DNA of 64,000 nucleotides from Bigelowiella natans CCMP2755 (lineage: Eukaryota; Protista; Cercozoa): assembly GCA_000320545.1 (NCBI GenBank), contig ADNK01002286.1:93261-157260 (forward strand), in the 5' to 3' direction. The notes under the pieces are model-generated. The model was not told where the DNA came from. It saw only the letters and a list, made by a program, of their open reading frames with translations, and did no database searches. Of this stretch, positions 12,969 through 27,826 are shown piece by piece. The position numbers and the translations under genes were made by a program. Position 1 is the first letter of the stretch. Each line of letters begins with the position of its first letter.

Positions 12969-15812
12969 TATTCCATGTGGGCGCGCCCGTGTTTTTGTGT
13001 GTGTGCTCGGATATATCCAATGGCAGACCCCCAAAGTATCACGGTCACGATTGCGAGGTGATTCAATTTCATGACAACATAAATTTGAGTCATGTCAGTT
13101 TGTGCAGAGTCTCCTCTTGTTGATACACTATCAATAATATTGAAATAGAACCACAAAAGACACAGGATGCTCACAGTGGAGAGGCCCAATCTTTAAAACC
13201 TACGGGTATCATACTCCATCAATTTTATGAATATATACATTAAATGGTATCTAAAACATGTTTATGCGTGTTGTGAGTTACAACTTATGTTCGTTTTGTA
13301 TCAGTTTCAGTACGCAGTAGCACTGATAAGGTATCATTTGAATCTATAACTAAAGTTTAAGAATACGTTATTGCTCATTATGTTGCTCAGGGATTCATTA
13401 TGAATTTAAATTATTATCTTAAGGTTACTGACATGAAATTGATGGACCAGTTTCATCTGGAATTACCCTCACAATCCCCAGCGGTGCGTGTCCACTTAGA
13501 ACGTATGTGGTGATGGAAGAAAATTTCCAATATTATTAAATCTGGCTTGAAACAGACGAACATCAAATTTCCAATTATCAAAGGTGGATCCCCCAGATTC
13601 AATTTGACTGGTCAATATCTGATGCTTTGAACCTTTGCATACAATTCGAATAATTTTGAACATTCCATTTTACAGATAGAAGCATCAATGTAAACAGTCC
13701 AAGTTTTCGTGGTAAAGGTTTTTGTCTCTGTACACAAACTGATATTGAAGTAATATTGAACTTTAATATGCAAACGATGCACCCATGTATCTTTCAGACT
13801 CAAAACTCAGAAGACCAAGAATGGCAAGAAAGGGTGATTATTTTAACTATGCATCCCACGCTGGATAAAATTTTCCTATCCCTCCCTCTACCATTGTTAC
13901 TTCAATCTCTCTGAATACGAGGCATGTATCATAAATCTAGTTCTTAAGCAAAAAGAAGCAGCAGATGACGCGCTGGTGCATGCAACTGATGTTCAATCTG
14001 GTATTTGGAATGTAACAAGTTACTAAGACTTAAGAAAACATTATGCATTGTGTATGAGATTCTTTTGATTAATATTAGATTCATCTATGTCGAGATCAAA
14101 TTCAAAGTTGCCATCCATGGGAAAATATTCACCGACTCTAACAAGCAGTAATAATATTGACGAAGCCAGATGGGGTCATGGTATGGAAAATACTACAACG
14201 ATGCTTCCACCACAGCATGGCGAAGGGAAAATAGTTCCAGCATCTGAAATAAGTAAAGCGAACAGTAAAGTCAAATCTGAACACCGTATGCATTTTGTTA
14301 AAATTACAAATTACAAATTTCGGTGTTATACTAATAGCGATTTACGTTTTAGTGTGGCTGCTGCATAAATTTTGATGATACTTATGTTAAATTCTGTCGC
14401 GTATTTAGATGCAAACCCTGTCAGCGTTCATTTTGCACCGTTACCATCAAGAGATAGTAACACTAATGTAAATGTCGGCAATGGAATGGCTCCTGCAGTA
14501 CGATCACAACGAACTCTTAGTAATACCTCCAGCAAATCCTCCGGCAAGAGAGGGTAGTCGTATTGGTTCCTGAAATAATAATAAGCTAATTCATGACCTT
14601 ACTAAAAGGGTTCTGGTGAACGAAGATGATGCAATGAGTAACTGAACTAAGAGAGGAGAGTATTATTTGATTATTTGCCCGTTTGTGAAACGATAAAGTA
14701 CCTGATTAATTCTCCTTTATGTTCATTTGAACTTAAATCATTTTTGCTGTGTGAAAGGCGGTATAGAGAATGTTCGAAGCAGAAACAAGACCAGTTACCC
14801 AAGCCAGAGCCATCTCGTACAACAGAATCGATGCCATAACAATAAGACCGAGACTGACGCCGATCCTAGTCGTAATCCTCGGGAAACTTCTCGTATGTTC
14901 CTAAATCTAAAACTATTGAACACATATTGGGTAGCAACGTCTTTGAGAAAACTGAGATGTCCATCTGCAAGAAAAATTCTGTTGATATCAGCGTGTAGTA
15001 TATTAACTCATTAATTCTTTAATTTCAATGTAGCACGAATTAGAAGTTGGATAAGGAAGAAACGTAGAAGAAACGACGACGACAGTAAGCAACAAAATCA
15101 TATTTTAGTCAAGAAATATATTACCTGAATTCAAAACTTACGTGATTGATTAAATGAAAATTTAGTGAAGAATAAATTTTTTAGGCCCAAAGGATGCCTT
15201 GAAGGCTACCATGATTCACCTCATTCGACTGATTTCTATCATACTGTAATAACTTGAGCATAATTAGGATTGAATATGTAAATATAACATATTAATCAAC
15301 AGGGCTGTAGTCGTCGCTGCGGCAGTGTTGCTGATATACGCTCTCGTTGTGGACGGCTTCAATACTGAGGGTCGATACAGTGATGAAATCAATGATAGGT
15401 TCTACTCAGGAAGGTAGACATGAAGGCGCCATTATGCGAAATTACTAAAATAATTCAGCGCACCGTTGTGATTATCAGGTACTCTATCACGGCTGATCTT
15501 TTTCTCTACACCTCTGTTGCAACACAACAAATTCTAGTTCATTACAGCTACGTACCAGGGTCAAAATTACTATCTTTTCTTCATTGTGTCATCATGATGC
15601 CATGTAACAACACTGTGCGCCAAAACAACAAATGGCGTGCCACGTGCAGTGTCTTGAATGTCATGAGATACACATGGATCGACCGATTCAGTGAATTCAT
15701 TGTCTTTCCTTACATGTCTAACAGATTTTGGAAATGGTGGCTCAAGAATGTGCTCAGGTGTGAAGCTTGTACGTCTGTGTGCAGATGCACTATATGTGTA
15801 TGTGGCGTGTAG
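11369..15812 (+). CDS. Seven-TM (GPCR-like topology) protein with a very long loop between TM5 and TM6
   Basis: Hydrophobic exons LVILFGHFGIVTMFLA, SLLLIVLFLWII, GALILDSALMALYNIAVF, LANVLTTFAFLLIIGNIVALAGLLI and FRLLIASPLFLAGGIIAAASL. Then many S/N-rich hydrophilic exons, then KATMIHLIRLISIILAVVVAAAVLLIYALV and YSITADLFLYTSVATQQILVHYSYVP. Both ends approximate. Confidence 0.6.
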
Positions 15813-16510
15813 CAAAATGAAATCATTGCACAATTTCAACTGGTTCATCATGCATGCTAGCATGGTGACGCGTGGTTATTTGCCTCCGCTAGCTAGCTAG
15901 TACGTGTGCTTTACTGTTCTACGCACGCTCGCTAGCTCGCAGCCCGGAGCGCATGTGTTCGTGCATTTGGCTGGAGCAAACCAACATCATTGGGTTCGCT
16001 AAGTCTTTAGATCTAGAAGATATCAGCAATTATCATAACATGAACTGTGACCACATCTTGACATCTCTAGATCTCTAGCTAGCTAGATCTAGATATACAG
16101 CTTAGCTAGCTAGCATGAGAAGATATTCTACATCATCATTAACGTAGTTTATCATTGTCCTCTCTACTAGTTTAGATCTAGCCATTTCTATATTTGTTAG
16201 ATTTGCTTATTGGATGATCCATTTTCATTATTCACACTTTTAATTCATTAAACCGCGAGACTGCTCTAAATTTTATCGTCTTCCTTAGTTTTTCCACGTT
16301 TCAGCTGAGCATTATTCATTGTTGGGGTAGGAAGACATATTGACTGCCACTCTATAACGTGGTATTGCTGGTATTACAATGCGAAAACCCGACGTAACGA
16401 CGTGGATTTACTTTCCGGTCGTTGATCTACACAACTGTCAGTCATCGTTTGTTTTTACCGTGATTCCATGCAGCATAACAAATCAACTGCGGGTACTACA
16501 AACACAAACG

Positions 16511-16757
16511 CTACGACGAAGAAGAAGACGATGATTGTTTTCGAGATGAACCAGCAGCAAGGGGTGGAGATGAGTCTCTACCTCTTGTGTTAGTAACCGG
16601 CAATGCCGGCACCACGGAAGGATTCCGCACCTGCTGGCTTTGTTGCACAATCTCGTTGTTATTCTTCGTGCTGCCCAAGGCCATGATATATGGACGAAAC
16701 AGAAATTGGACAAGAGGTGCAGTTATTAGGCCAATCACTCGCCAAGGAGCCTATATC

Positions 16758-16809
<52 letters not shown>

Positions 16810-18435
16810 GGGGAGATGTACGGAATGAGAACAAGGAAAGATCCGTTTGTAAATGGTACTACAATTGTATACATATAGGAATAGCTGTGCATGAAATAAA
16901 CCTTGTATTATTATGATTTTCTTAATGATGTATCTTGTCTCTAGATCGTTGTTATTATCCATCCTCTTACTTACTACGTGTACTCCATTTCTACTACCTC
17001 CGCAATGTCGACAACTCGACAAATCTTCCCGGAGCGAGGACATATTCGAGCCTGTTATATATAACCAGCAACCATTGAATGGGATGATGCTAACATGCTC
17101 TGAAAGGCTCATGCTAGTACGCAACGCATGCGTCATTTTTGTATGGCCATCTCCATTGTAGTAGTAGTAGTAGTAGTGATCGTAGTGGGAATAGTAGTTT
17201 TAATAGTAGTACTACTACCTGTGTGAGGCCTCTTCCGAGAGGAAAAGGCTTTCGATTCACCTCAACGTGCCACTCAACGCCGACTAATATTTTAATTATA
17301 AATTATCGTACAGAGATAGAGAGATTGTAATATTAAAATAGGGATTACGTATTTCTTCTTCTATCGTCATCACCCCTTATAATAACATCACAATTCTTCA
17401 CATACCAGAATCCCATCCTTCAGCTACGCTGTCAACGACAAGGTGGAAATCTACATTTAGATCATGGCCTTAATCAATTAATGGAATGACATATATTGCG
17501 CTCCATACTACTTTTACTCTAAATCCCCCCTTTCTTTCTGAGCGAAGGATGATATTGACATACATCGAAACGCTCGAACAACTGCTCGTTACAGGAGGAA
17601 TCTTATTTGTTGTTGGCTACTATTTGAAGAAGAAGCCTTACCCGGTGCTTTGAAAGGGAGGTACTTGTCAATCTCGCCCATGATAAATGCGGGGTGGTAT
17701 CTGACGAATAAACAACAGCAGTAACGATCAGAACAAGAGGACATCTCTTCTTTCTCCTTTGAAGCACCCTCGAGGGTGCTATCTTATTGCCTTCTTCACT
17801 GTTCCTCTGTTACTTCTACCGCCGTTATACTTGTAATACCTGAGAGCAGCTTCGAACGCTTTCTTTCCTCTACATATAGTTGCTATGTAGTAATATAAGA
17901 ATGAAATTTTATGTATAAGATCAAGCGAGTAGTTAACAAGAGTGTAAATTCACCAGGGCCAAGGAGTAAGTCCTCATAAAGGCAATCTTCTGTCAAAAAC
18001 GCTGATGCTGCCGTTGCATTTCGATTGTTGAAAGCATTGTACATTCCAAGGATGGCCTCACTTGGAGTGTAACCCCCCTGAAATATAATTATGATATCAT
18101 TAGCCAATACCATCTAGAATGTCGAAGTAAGCAGGAAAGCTCCACAGATGACAAACAGCAAGATTGCCTCACTCTACCTTCGCCTTTGGAATCTTTGCCC
18201 TCTCCAAGCTAGATTCAATCGATATACCCGATGACTTCCCCTGCAAAGCTTGGATCCTGGAGTTCATTCTGCCATCATCACGTCTTCTGTTTTTCCTTGC
18301 ATCAAGGTGCGGTGTTGTTGTACACCTTGAGCATGCCATGGAACTCAAGCGTGATCTCGCACGACTGCTGGTGGTTGGGAGACGAGCGCTGGACTGTATG
18401 ATTTCTATAAAAAGTAGGATGTACAGTACCAGCAT
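16511..18435 (-). CDS. NTF2/SnoaL-like domain protein with bipartite (plastid-type) presequence
   Basis: MLVLYILLFIEIIQSSA signal plus R/S-rich peptide. Exons MYNAFNNRNATAASAFLTEDCLYEDLLLGP, ICRGKKAFEAALR, FHLVVDSVAEG, VGVEWHVEVNRKPFPLGRGLTQ and GKICRVVDIAEAPW are typical of plant/cyanobacterial NTF2-like proteins. Confidence 0.75.
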
Positions 18436-19301
18436 AGTGCTCGGTGTTAATCTAGGGGGGGTGACCACGACTTCAGCGAATGGCTCTGAGCTCTTGTTTG
18501 ATTTGGCTGAAACAGCTGGAAATTCGCTACAAAAACCATGTCGCTCTCTTAGTTTTAGCACCCAATTGCGAGTCATTTTAATCAGTATTTGCTTATTTCG
18601 GAAGTTCCTTTTTCCTGCGGGAAATATCGTAGATAAGCAAGCTCGTCACAACCAGATTATTTTTGTCCCAGGATTTCCAGAGATAATCTCTTAGAATAAT
18701 CTGGCAGGGATTCCATATGGGATTCCACTTGTTGACTTTCAATAAAAATTGCCTCCTTCTCATTGCCGAGGTTCAAAAGAAGGAAAACGTGCAAGCTTAT
18801 AAGTGTAATATGAGATCATATTAGTCGCAGGCCATAATGACCAGCCATTCTGGCATGCTGGTCCACATAATTTCTTGAGATACGAATTCGGTCAACGGTC
18901 GATCTATTCTTAGATTCTCAGAGCTCTATACATCAGTGGGAAATAACTGGGGCGACAACACAAAACAACTGCCGCATGCGCACTTCGATGGGTTCCGGGA
19001 AGTCTGGAAAACATCGTGGGAATGTACAAAGTGTGCTGTTTCCAAAGAATTTGCATGTAGTTGTTGTCGGAAGAGGTTTTGTAAAAGTAAAGTACGATTT
19101 CCATTCGTAGCATGTTCTTTGGGTAAATATTTGCCCAAAACTGCACATTTCTTTCTCCTCGCTTCCTCAGTATTGCAGCTCCAGCCTTCAGTGCTGGAAG
19201 CATCGATTGTTCCCACAGCTCCCAGCCAAAGGGAGCAAGGGGGGGGGTTAGAGGAAGGGGGCATTAAGCTTCATAAAAGAAAAGGAAAAGAGCGAGAGAG
19301 A

Positions 19302-19339
<38 letters not shown>

Positions 19340-19601
19340 AAGAGAGAGAAAGAGATTATTCAGCCGGTGTATGGAGGAAGCACATCCCGCACAGCGCAGA
19401 GAACCGGAGAAGAGCCTGTATTAAGCGTAATTGTTACGGAGGTCGTGTCTTTGTAGTACAAGAATGATGATAAATCATCCAGCTCTTCTCATCATTGTGG
19501 TAATAGACAATACGGCGAGTAGATATAAAACATGCTGTACAAATTCGTTTGTTTATCTTGAAAAACATAATGTATGCGTATTGTATATTTATATATTTAC
19601 A

Positions 19602-19603
<2 letters not shown>

Positions 19604-19681
<78 letters not shown>
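19604..19681. repeat. Long (TG)n microsatellite
   Basis: About 78 bp of uninterrupted TG. Confidence 0.95.
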
Positions 19682-19684
<3 letters not shown>

Positions 19685-19847
19685 GTATGTGTAGATGTGT
19701 GTAGGTGACATGTACGCGTTTGCTAATAATATGTAAACATTATTCCAAAACTTATTATTCGAAAGAGTTGGTTATGCTTTGTATCACAAAACAACCCTGC
19801 GTCAGTTCATTTGTCTATCCTTACCTATCTTCTCCTTTGCTCCTCAG

Positions 19848-20474
19848 GGAATCTTCCTACTACAAATTTCTACAGCAAGAGCAACATCTTCGCCATCTCT
19901 ATCACCATCTTTGAGCCCTTCTTCGCTGCCTTCCTCCTCCCCCTCACTTGCACCTACGTTATCTCCCTCTACTTGCAGCCCTTTGTTGGCTTCCGTGTCA
20001 CCGTCCTCTTCGCCAAGTAAGAAGCGCCGCATTTATTCGTTTCGCTTTGAAGATGATTATTAATGTTGAGTACTCAATTCAAGGCACTGATGATGCCAAA
20101 ATTAGATATTATGATGTTCTTTGTAATGTCGTAGGTTATTACTACATACAACCACTACTACTACTACTACTACTACCACTATTATTCTGGCTTCTGTTTT
20201 ATTTTTCCTTGTTGTTGTTGTTGTCGTTGTTGTCATTATCTGTTACAGGCTACTCGTCATGTAACCCTACAATGGCGCCCACACTGACAAGAGCTCCCAC
20301 AATAACACAATCACCCTCGCAGAACCCAACAAACATGCCATCAAAAGTCCCGACAGTAACATTTTCTCCTTCCTCTGCTCCAACATTAGGGCCTACTCAG
20401 GCTCCGACGGAAACGGGTAATAATCAATCGTTTCTTCTTACACTAAAAGTTCAGATATCTAGAGCGATGTCGAT

Positions 20475-20518
<44 letters not shown>

Positions 20519-20552
20519 CCTCCCCCCCGCCCCCCCCTTTCAAAAAAAAAAC

Positions 20553-20588
<36 letters not shown>

Positions 20589-21787
20589 TGCGACCAACAT
20601 TAAATATATTTTTTCTAGATTCACCCACAATAACGCGAAATCCCTCTGTGGCACCTTCTTCGCGACCAACACTCAATCCCAGCGTGTTCATCTCATCGTC
20701 TCCAACGACATCCATACCAACACAAACACCGACTACATTTTCACCATCAAGCCCTATTTCGCAGATTCTCACCATTAAATTACGGTATTAGCATTGAAAT
20801 GTGTATGCTCTAGCACGTCGTTGTCGTTTGAAAGGGGAAATGGGTGTCGGTAGGTAGGTAGGTAGGTAGATAAATAGGTAGTAGTAGTAGTGGGGTAGCA
20901 ATGCTTGTGTATGCGAGCGGAGGAGGGAGGAGGGGCGTTTGAAAAATATAATTTTGAAACTCAAAATATTATAAGTCGGTTGCTGTGTAGGTGAGAGGGT
21001 GCATGCTGATAGCAAGTGGTCTTTGTTGTGTGTGTGTGTGTGTGTCGGTCTCTTCTTCCTACTCCTCCTACAGGTTTTCCTTGGTGACGTTTCGATCACT
21101 AAGCACTCGAGAGAAGAACGAATTCGAGGACAACATACAGCTGTGTATTTCTCGCTCAGAAAATGTGCCCTTGGACGCCGTGGACCTCCAAGCTGTTTCC
21201 TCAATCGCGGTAGTTAGTTGATTCATTTGTGGTTTGATTTGATTTGATGACGTCGTCTGATGGCGGTAGACGGAAAAGGGGGGGGGATAAGAAATAGTGG
21301 GAAGAAACTCTGCTCTTTGCCCTATTCGTTGAATCTGCAGTGTATTGTTGGTGGGTCTTAAATTGATGTCTATTAATCTACCATTAAGCGATGCTAACCC
21401 ATTGGCGACCACCTGCGCGACTGCTCTGTTACCCTATTAGGATGGGGGCACAAGAATCACTACAGAAATTCTCTTCTTCTCCTTAAACTCGGCGACGTTC
21501 TTCATGGTAGTGTTGATTGATGGGTTGGATGGTGGCGAAATGATGTATTATTACCTATATTATTACCATGCATAAAACCAATCGATTGTCAGATGGCCAT
21601 CGTTACAAATCACGCGTAAGTATCATAACAAATATTTCGTCGTCCTCGTCGTTTCTTCGCAGGAGAGGGTATCTGATAACTCGTCAGCTATATTTAACAC
21701 GGAGAATCTATTTCGTGTTGCGGACTATGGGGTAATCAATATCATCAAATATTAGATTGTTGTAAATATATATATTATATACATACA

Positions 21788-21863
<76 letters not shown>

Positions 21864-22775
21864 CATGATGTCTCCTTTTTCCTAAGTTAGTATTAACTAC
21901 CACATGTTACTCCTCCTACTGCTACTTGTGGCTGCACTCCCAATAATAAATGATAATTAATAATAATAATAATAACAATAATAAGGTTCCGGTCGTGGAG
22001 GACGTGTGCTTCTGCACGATGCAGAGCGAAAATAAAAGCTCTGATAGCACCTCCCTTGTTCTTCTTATCATAGGAGTGGTAGATAATCAATTTTTCCTTC
22101 GTCACGTCAAAATACTACTACGTACTACGCGAGGAAGGAGGATTTAAGGGGGGGGGGGGGCGGGTTCAAGAAATAAAGAAAAGATGAACTCTTTTATCAT
22201 GATATATTCACCTATGATCAGGCATGTGCGGGAGTGCTGATGTGTTGTTGCATCTACTTCACCTGGAAGTTCTGTTGTAAAAAGTTAAGAAGAAGTAGAG
22301 AACAAAGGTGGCTGAAATAATACATGCTGATTTCTATGTGTGAGAGATATAAAACAAACACCGGTGTTTGGTTCCGCCAACCGCTTGTCCAATCGTATTC
22401 ATTCTACTCGCCAATCTTTTATCTCCATAAGAGTCAAATATTAGAGGCTTTTCCTCATTGATTATTGGAGAAGTATTCAATTTGACTTCAATCAACAGAG
22501 TAAACTCGGGGCTCACAACGGATTCTCTCCAGAATGAAAACCTAATGTGAGCGTTGCTTTTCAGTCAATCTGATAGTAATATATTGAAATGCAGATTCTG
22601 GTGAATGATATATACAATCAGGTTGTGATGACCATAATAGAATGTTTCTACGGGGTTTAAGCAGCCAGCAGATTCAGTTGTACATACCTCAATTCACAAC
22701 GTCACGCTACAGCACGTCTGGCCAAGGCACAATCCTTGCTATTTGAGATTCTTAGATACAAAGATATTGACTTGA
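19848..22775 (+). CDS. Mucin-like (P/S/T-rich) type I membrane protein
   Basis: Exons TSSPSLSPSLSPSS..., PTMAPTLTRAPTITQSPSQNPT... and SPTITRNPSVAPSSRPT..., then a globular segment (EKNEFEDNIQLCISRSENVPLDAV...DGGTRITTEILF), then TM SLVLLIIGVACAGVLMCCCIYFTW followed by KFCCKK. First exon and final stop uncertain. Confidence 0.7.
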
Positions 22776-23403
22776 TCATAAAATAATAATCGAAGCATAA
22801 GCTACAAAGGTTTCATTGTGTTTCAGCAGCACAATCAAGTTTATACGATGCTGCTGCAACTCGAACAACGACAATGATTTTATTATTGTACTGGCTTATG
22901 CATGTAGCGTGCTGCGTGGCCTGGAACACGACGCGCACGCCGCTTCCGTATTTTCAAGCATGAAAGACAGCAGAATGGAAACAAACAAGCAAAATGTAAG
23001 CGCTGTGCTAGCTAGCGCTAGCTGTGGCCGCTGCTTTGCATAGCTATATATTTTTGTAGTAATGTACTGAGTAGCCAGCACTAGTAGCTTGTACAGTCTA
23101 GCAGGCGACAACTAGCTAGCTATTTAGATATGCGTGTCGTAGCTAGACAGGGGGGTGACGAAGACACGCTAGCACGTTCTAGCGTACAGCGTCCTAGCGT
23201 CGCAGAACGTGTGACGTATGTACAAGATGTACGTCTAGCAAGTCTATAATAGCACGGAATTATTGTCTACATTAGTGTGGATTCAACTTAGGAGAAACAC
23301 AGGCATTTTAGATTTACATCATGCTAGCAAGATAGATCCTGCTCTAGTGCTAGCTGGTCGCAGGATCAGACTAGCAGATAGAATAATGCCCACGATTGTG
23401 CAT

Positions 23404-24207
23404 TCACGAAAACAAATTTTCTATAGTTTCGGCCAAATCCCCTGATTCATAACCCTGTACAGTGTGTAGTAGTTGTAAATGTTAGAAAGCCGTCCGAGTA
23501 CTTAAGCATGTACAATCTACAGAAATTGATCATATTCTCCATTAGTGCTAGTATTTGTAGTCGTCAAACAGACCTGTAGCATGATGTCGCAGCCTCCATA
23601 GAACTCCCCACCGATGTATACCTGTATGTCACGACACCATAGATTCCATGCGTCGTGCTTAAATTAGGATAACTATAATAATCAATACAACTGGACAACT
23701 CAATGGCAAATGTCTTCAAACTTTCAGATCGATCATACATGAGAGTACGCATCTGCTGCCACAGCAGCGGGGGGATGATGACGGTTCCATACTTTAATTC
23801 GGATGCTCATATCTTCATATTGCAAACATTCGAATAATCGGTAAATCATTACATCTCTCTTACAACTGACCTGTGGAAAAGTGGGCCAATCGGAGTAAAC
23901 CTGCATTTATTATCATCAATTTATATGTCATAGCTGCTAAGATTGTTTTACGTTTCTGAACAGTGAGTGGCTCACACTTGCACACCTTCATTCCCTGGCG
24001 AATCATCTCATTCTCGAGCACATTCACAGTCTCAAATCTGTTGAAAAGATAATTGAGCTAAAACGTAGTACCGTCAAAGTCAAAGCACGTCAGAATGAGC
24101 TGCTTACTCGACGCCCAGACGATTTAAGATCCCCACGCACGTGTTCTATTGATTATGAATTACATGAAGACAGTAAAATGGATATGCTACATTATTTTGG
24201 CAACGAT

Positions 24208-24252
<45 letters not shown>

Positions 24253-24659
24253 GGGGGGGGGAGGGGGGGAGGAGAAGGAGGAGGATGAGGTCTATATATT
24301 AATTAGTAGGTAGCAATCTTAGAAGTAAATAAAACACAACTGACTGAGAATCCACATTGAGGAAAGTCCTTCGTTCCTTTCATGAACAAAACGATTTTGT
24401 TATCCTGTAGTAGGTAGTTACAGAACTCAATATTAGTGTCAGAAGAAGAAGGAGTTATCCCATCATCACTCTTAATAATGTCAGAAGAAGCTATCTCAGC
24501 ACTCTTTTTTCTGTTGTTTACACCCATCAATCGAATCCATTATCTTCTAGTATTTCCTTTTGGTTCTTCATTGAATTTACTTTTATGAGTGCGTCAATCG
24601 CATTTTTAAGTGATGGGAGAAAGCGGTGCCTGTGCTCGGCTTTGATAAAAATTAGTATA

Positions 24660-24701
<42 letters not shown>

Positions 24702-25421
24702 CGCACACAGAGGAGGAGGACGAGGAGGAGGAGGAGGAGGAGGAGGAGCAACAAGCGTAAGTATGTATATATTCGCCCTCATGCATGGATATAGACAAAA
24801 TGCGAACGCGAGCACACACATGCACACGCAGTCTTGCACGAGTACAGAATATTGAGTGAATATCACACCTTACAACTAATCGTTGTCGCCCTCTTCGTTG
24901 TCCCAGCTGTGGCAACGCTCTTCCGATGTCGCTATGCTTTGGAATATTGAAATCACGAGAATGCCTGAAAGATACATCTTAGCGTTTAGACAGCATATCG
25001 ACTCTTCATCTTCTTCTTTCTATTCACAAATGAATAGCTCTTATTTTTTCTATTCACAAATCAATGACATGCAAATCGATGGTGTCGTGTAGATTATTGA
25101 TCTGCTACTCGAAGTATCGATAGTAATTCATAATTCGCTCCAATAATTACATATTGGTAATCCTTGTCGAAGAAGTGCGAATGGGCAACACGCGTAGTGA
25201 AGCTGTCAGATCGAGAGCTCTAGTGTCGTGCACCCCCCTATCGGAAGCAAAAGCGACCATGCACATCCCACCTACTACCATTTGAAAGGTGAATAAACGC
25301 AGGAAGATCAATTGGTTCGATTTTGATGTATCACGTTCAGCCTGTAGTTATATTTACCGAATAGCACAGAAGCGACTAGAGGGGCGATGAGTCCATTGTT
25401 CTTGTTTGGGTGGACGGGCAT
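23404..25421 (-). CDS. Monothiol CGFS glutaredoxin, plastid-targeted (GRXS14-like)
   Basis: NKIVLFMKGTKDFPQCGFS, FETVNVLENEMIRQGMK, YSDWPTFPQ, VYIGGEFYGGCDIMLQGYESGDL. N-terminal MPVHPNKNNGLIAPLVASVLFGGMCMVAFA signal plus R-rich transit-like exons. Confidence 0.9.
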
Positions 25422-25690
25422 GGTGGGTCTCCTTTTTTGGTACTTGGTAGTGATCCGTTCTTCTCCGTACGACTTCACAAATGGGATGACAATGGAACCA
25501 AATCCAGGCTATTTCTCAATTTTATATTATCATAAATCCCATGCATCTTCTACCTACGACGAACCTTATAACTGTTATAAATTAACGGGAAGGCATCGGA
25601 AGTGATGGAGGGAGGTGTGGATCTACGAGAGAGATGGTTTCTGATTGCCATATTTCCAACCTTTAAGTAATCAACGGAAGCGACGGAAAG
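25422..25690. promoter_or_regulatory. Short divergent (likely bidirectional) promoter between glutaredoxin and NRT2
   Basis: Only about 270 bp separate the two head-to-head start codons. Inferred from geometry; no motif proven. Confidence 0.45.
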
Positions 25691-26313
25691 ATGACGAATG
25701 AGGTAGAAGGAGAACGTAACCAACACAACAATGATGAAAAGGAGGAGGAGGAGCAGCAGCAGCAGAAAATGCCACCCATGAAGCAGAGACTTACTCAATC
25801 ACAAATGGAATTCTTCCTCGATTATAACCCGATCACGCTTAAGGCTGTAGAATATAAGATCTACTCGTGCGCTCGTCCTCATATGAGGGGATTTCACCTT
25901 GCTTGGACCTCTTTTCTAGTCGGTCAGTGCTACTTCCAACTCTTTTTTGCAAAGCTTGTTTGCTCCATTTTTCTGTTGTGTTTTGCAGTTGTGCGTTGAA
26001 TACAATTATTTTGGACGCAGCATTTATAGCTTGGTTCTCTATCGCTCCATTGGCTCCCGCGATAAAGGAGACGCTGGGCCTGAAAAAATCGGATCTTCTA
26101 TGGGCTAATATATCTTCGGTGCTATCGACGGTCTTCGCAAGGTTTGCAGTGGGACCTGTAATGGATCATGTAGGGCCGAGAAAGAGCCAGGCCTTCATCC
26201 TAATGTTCGCAGCTATTCCAACGTGCTTTGCAGGGCTGATCCAGGATGTTGTGGGACTTTGCATCATCCGTGGTCTGATCGGAGTTGCAGGCGCGGCCTT
26301 CGTTGGATGCCAG

Positions 26314-26354
<41 letters not shown>

Positions 26355-27789
26355 TTGAACGAGATCAACCTATCCCTCCCAACCACTATCTCTCCTCGTC
26401 CTAATTTGGCAATTTATCTATCTAAAGTGCAGCACCAACTCAGTATTCGCATTTGTTGTTTCCCGTGACAGGTTTTGGTGTACTTTGATGTTCGAGAAGG
26501 AGATTGCTGGAAGTGTCAACGCCATTGCAGGCGGCTGGGGCAATCTTGGCGGTGGGCTGACACAGGCACTCATGGTCGTCAGCATCATTTATCTCGAAGA
26601 AAGAATCATCAGGAAAGGGGGGGGAGGGGAAGGAGAAGTCAATTATACGTGACCTTGGGTACATGTAGATGCTCATTATGAAGAGACTTGAAGAGAGGAT
26701 GAAAACATATGCAATGTCGGCGTCGTTTGAAGAAAGAGCAACTAGAAATTAATCTGCATTTATTTCTTGATTCCTCATGCAGCTATTTAATCTTATTTAT
26801 TAGGTTGGTATCTTCTCGATGAATACAGCTTCACCAGGATGTGATCAGGAGTGCGGCTGGCGGAACGCATTTTTCATTCCTGCATTTGCACTTATGCTGG
26901 CGTCCGTGTTGATACTATTTCTCGGCGATGATTGTCCTCAGGGGCACTATATTCCTCCAGTAGTCCAAGAAACAACAACAACAACAACAACAACAACGCA
27001 GCATGCCATCCAAAGCAACACTGATCAAAAGAAAATGAAGCGCCGAAAAGCGCATATTGCCGATGTTGCGGGTAATCCGCAAGTGTGGGCCCTCGTCCTT
27101 CAGTACGCTTGCTGTTTTGGAATGGAGCTGCATGTCAACAATACCATTGCACTTTACTATTACGATCGGTTCGGTTTGGGAATCACGACGGCGGGACTTG
27201 TGGCTTCGTTGTTTGGCTTGACAAATATCTTCGCACGTGCATGGGGAGGGATGATTTCTGACTTGTGCTATAAACACTGGGGAATGAATGGCCGCAAGTA
27301 CAGCCTTGTTTGCCTAGCTTGCTCAGAGGGGGTCCTTCTCATCGTGTTTTCAAGAATGCCTACCTTACCAAGCTCTATCACCATGATGGTGATATTCTCA
27401 GTAGTCGTCCAAGCTACTGAGGGAAGTACTTTCGGCATTGTGCCCTATGTAGATCCCTTGAATAGTGGCGGGGTAATGAATGAACCATATGGTGCTGTAT
27501 TGCCAGTAGTAGTAACTGATAGTGGTAGTATTAGTAGGTATATAGTACTAGTACTAGTCCGTCTCGTTGTAGTAGTCGTAGTAGTAGCACAACAGAGAAT
27601 TTTAAGAACAACTCATAGCAGTAGTGAGTGAGGGAGTCAGTGAGTGATGATAGTGACAATGGTAAAAAAGGATTGCTATTCTCTCCTTCTACCGCAGCTC
27701 CACACACATTGAACATCATCATCATCATCATTATCAAGTTACGATGATAGTAGCTGCGTATTGAAAACACACACACACACACACATATG

Positions 27790-27826
<37 letters not shown>

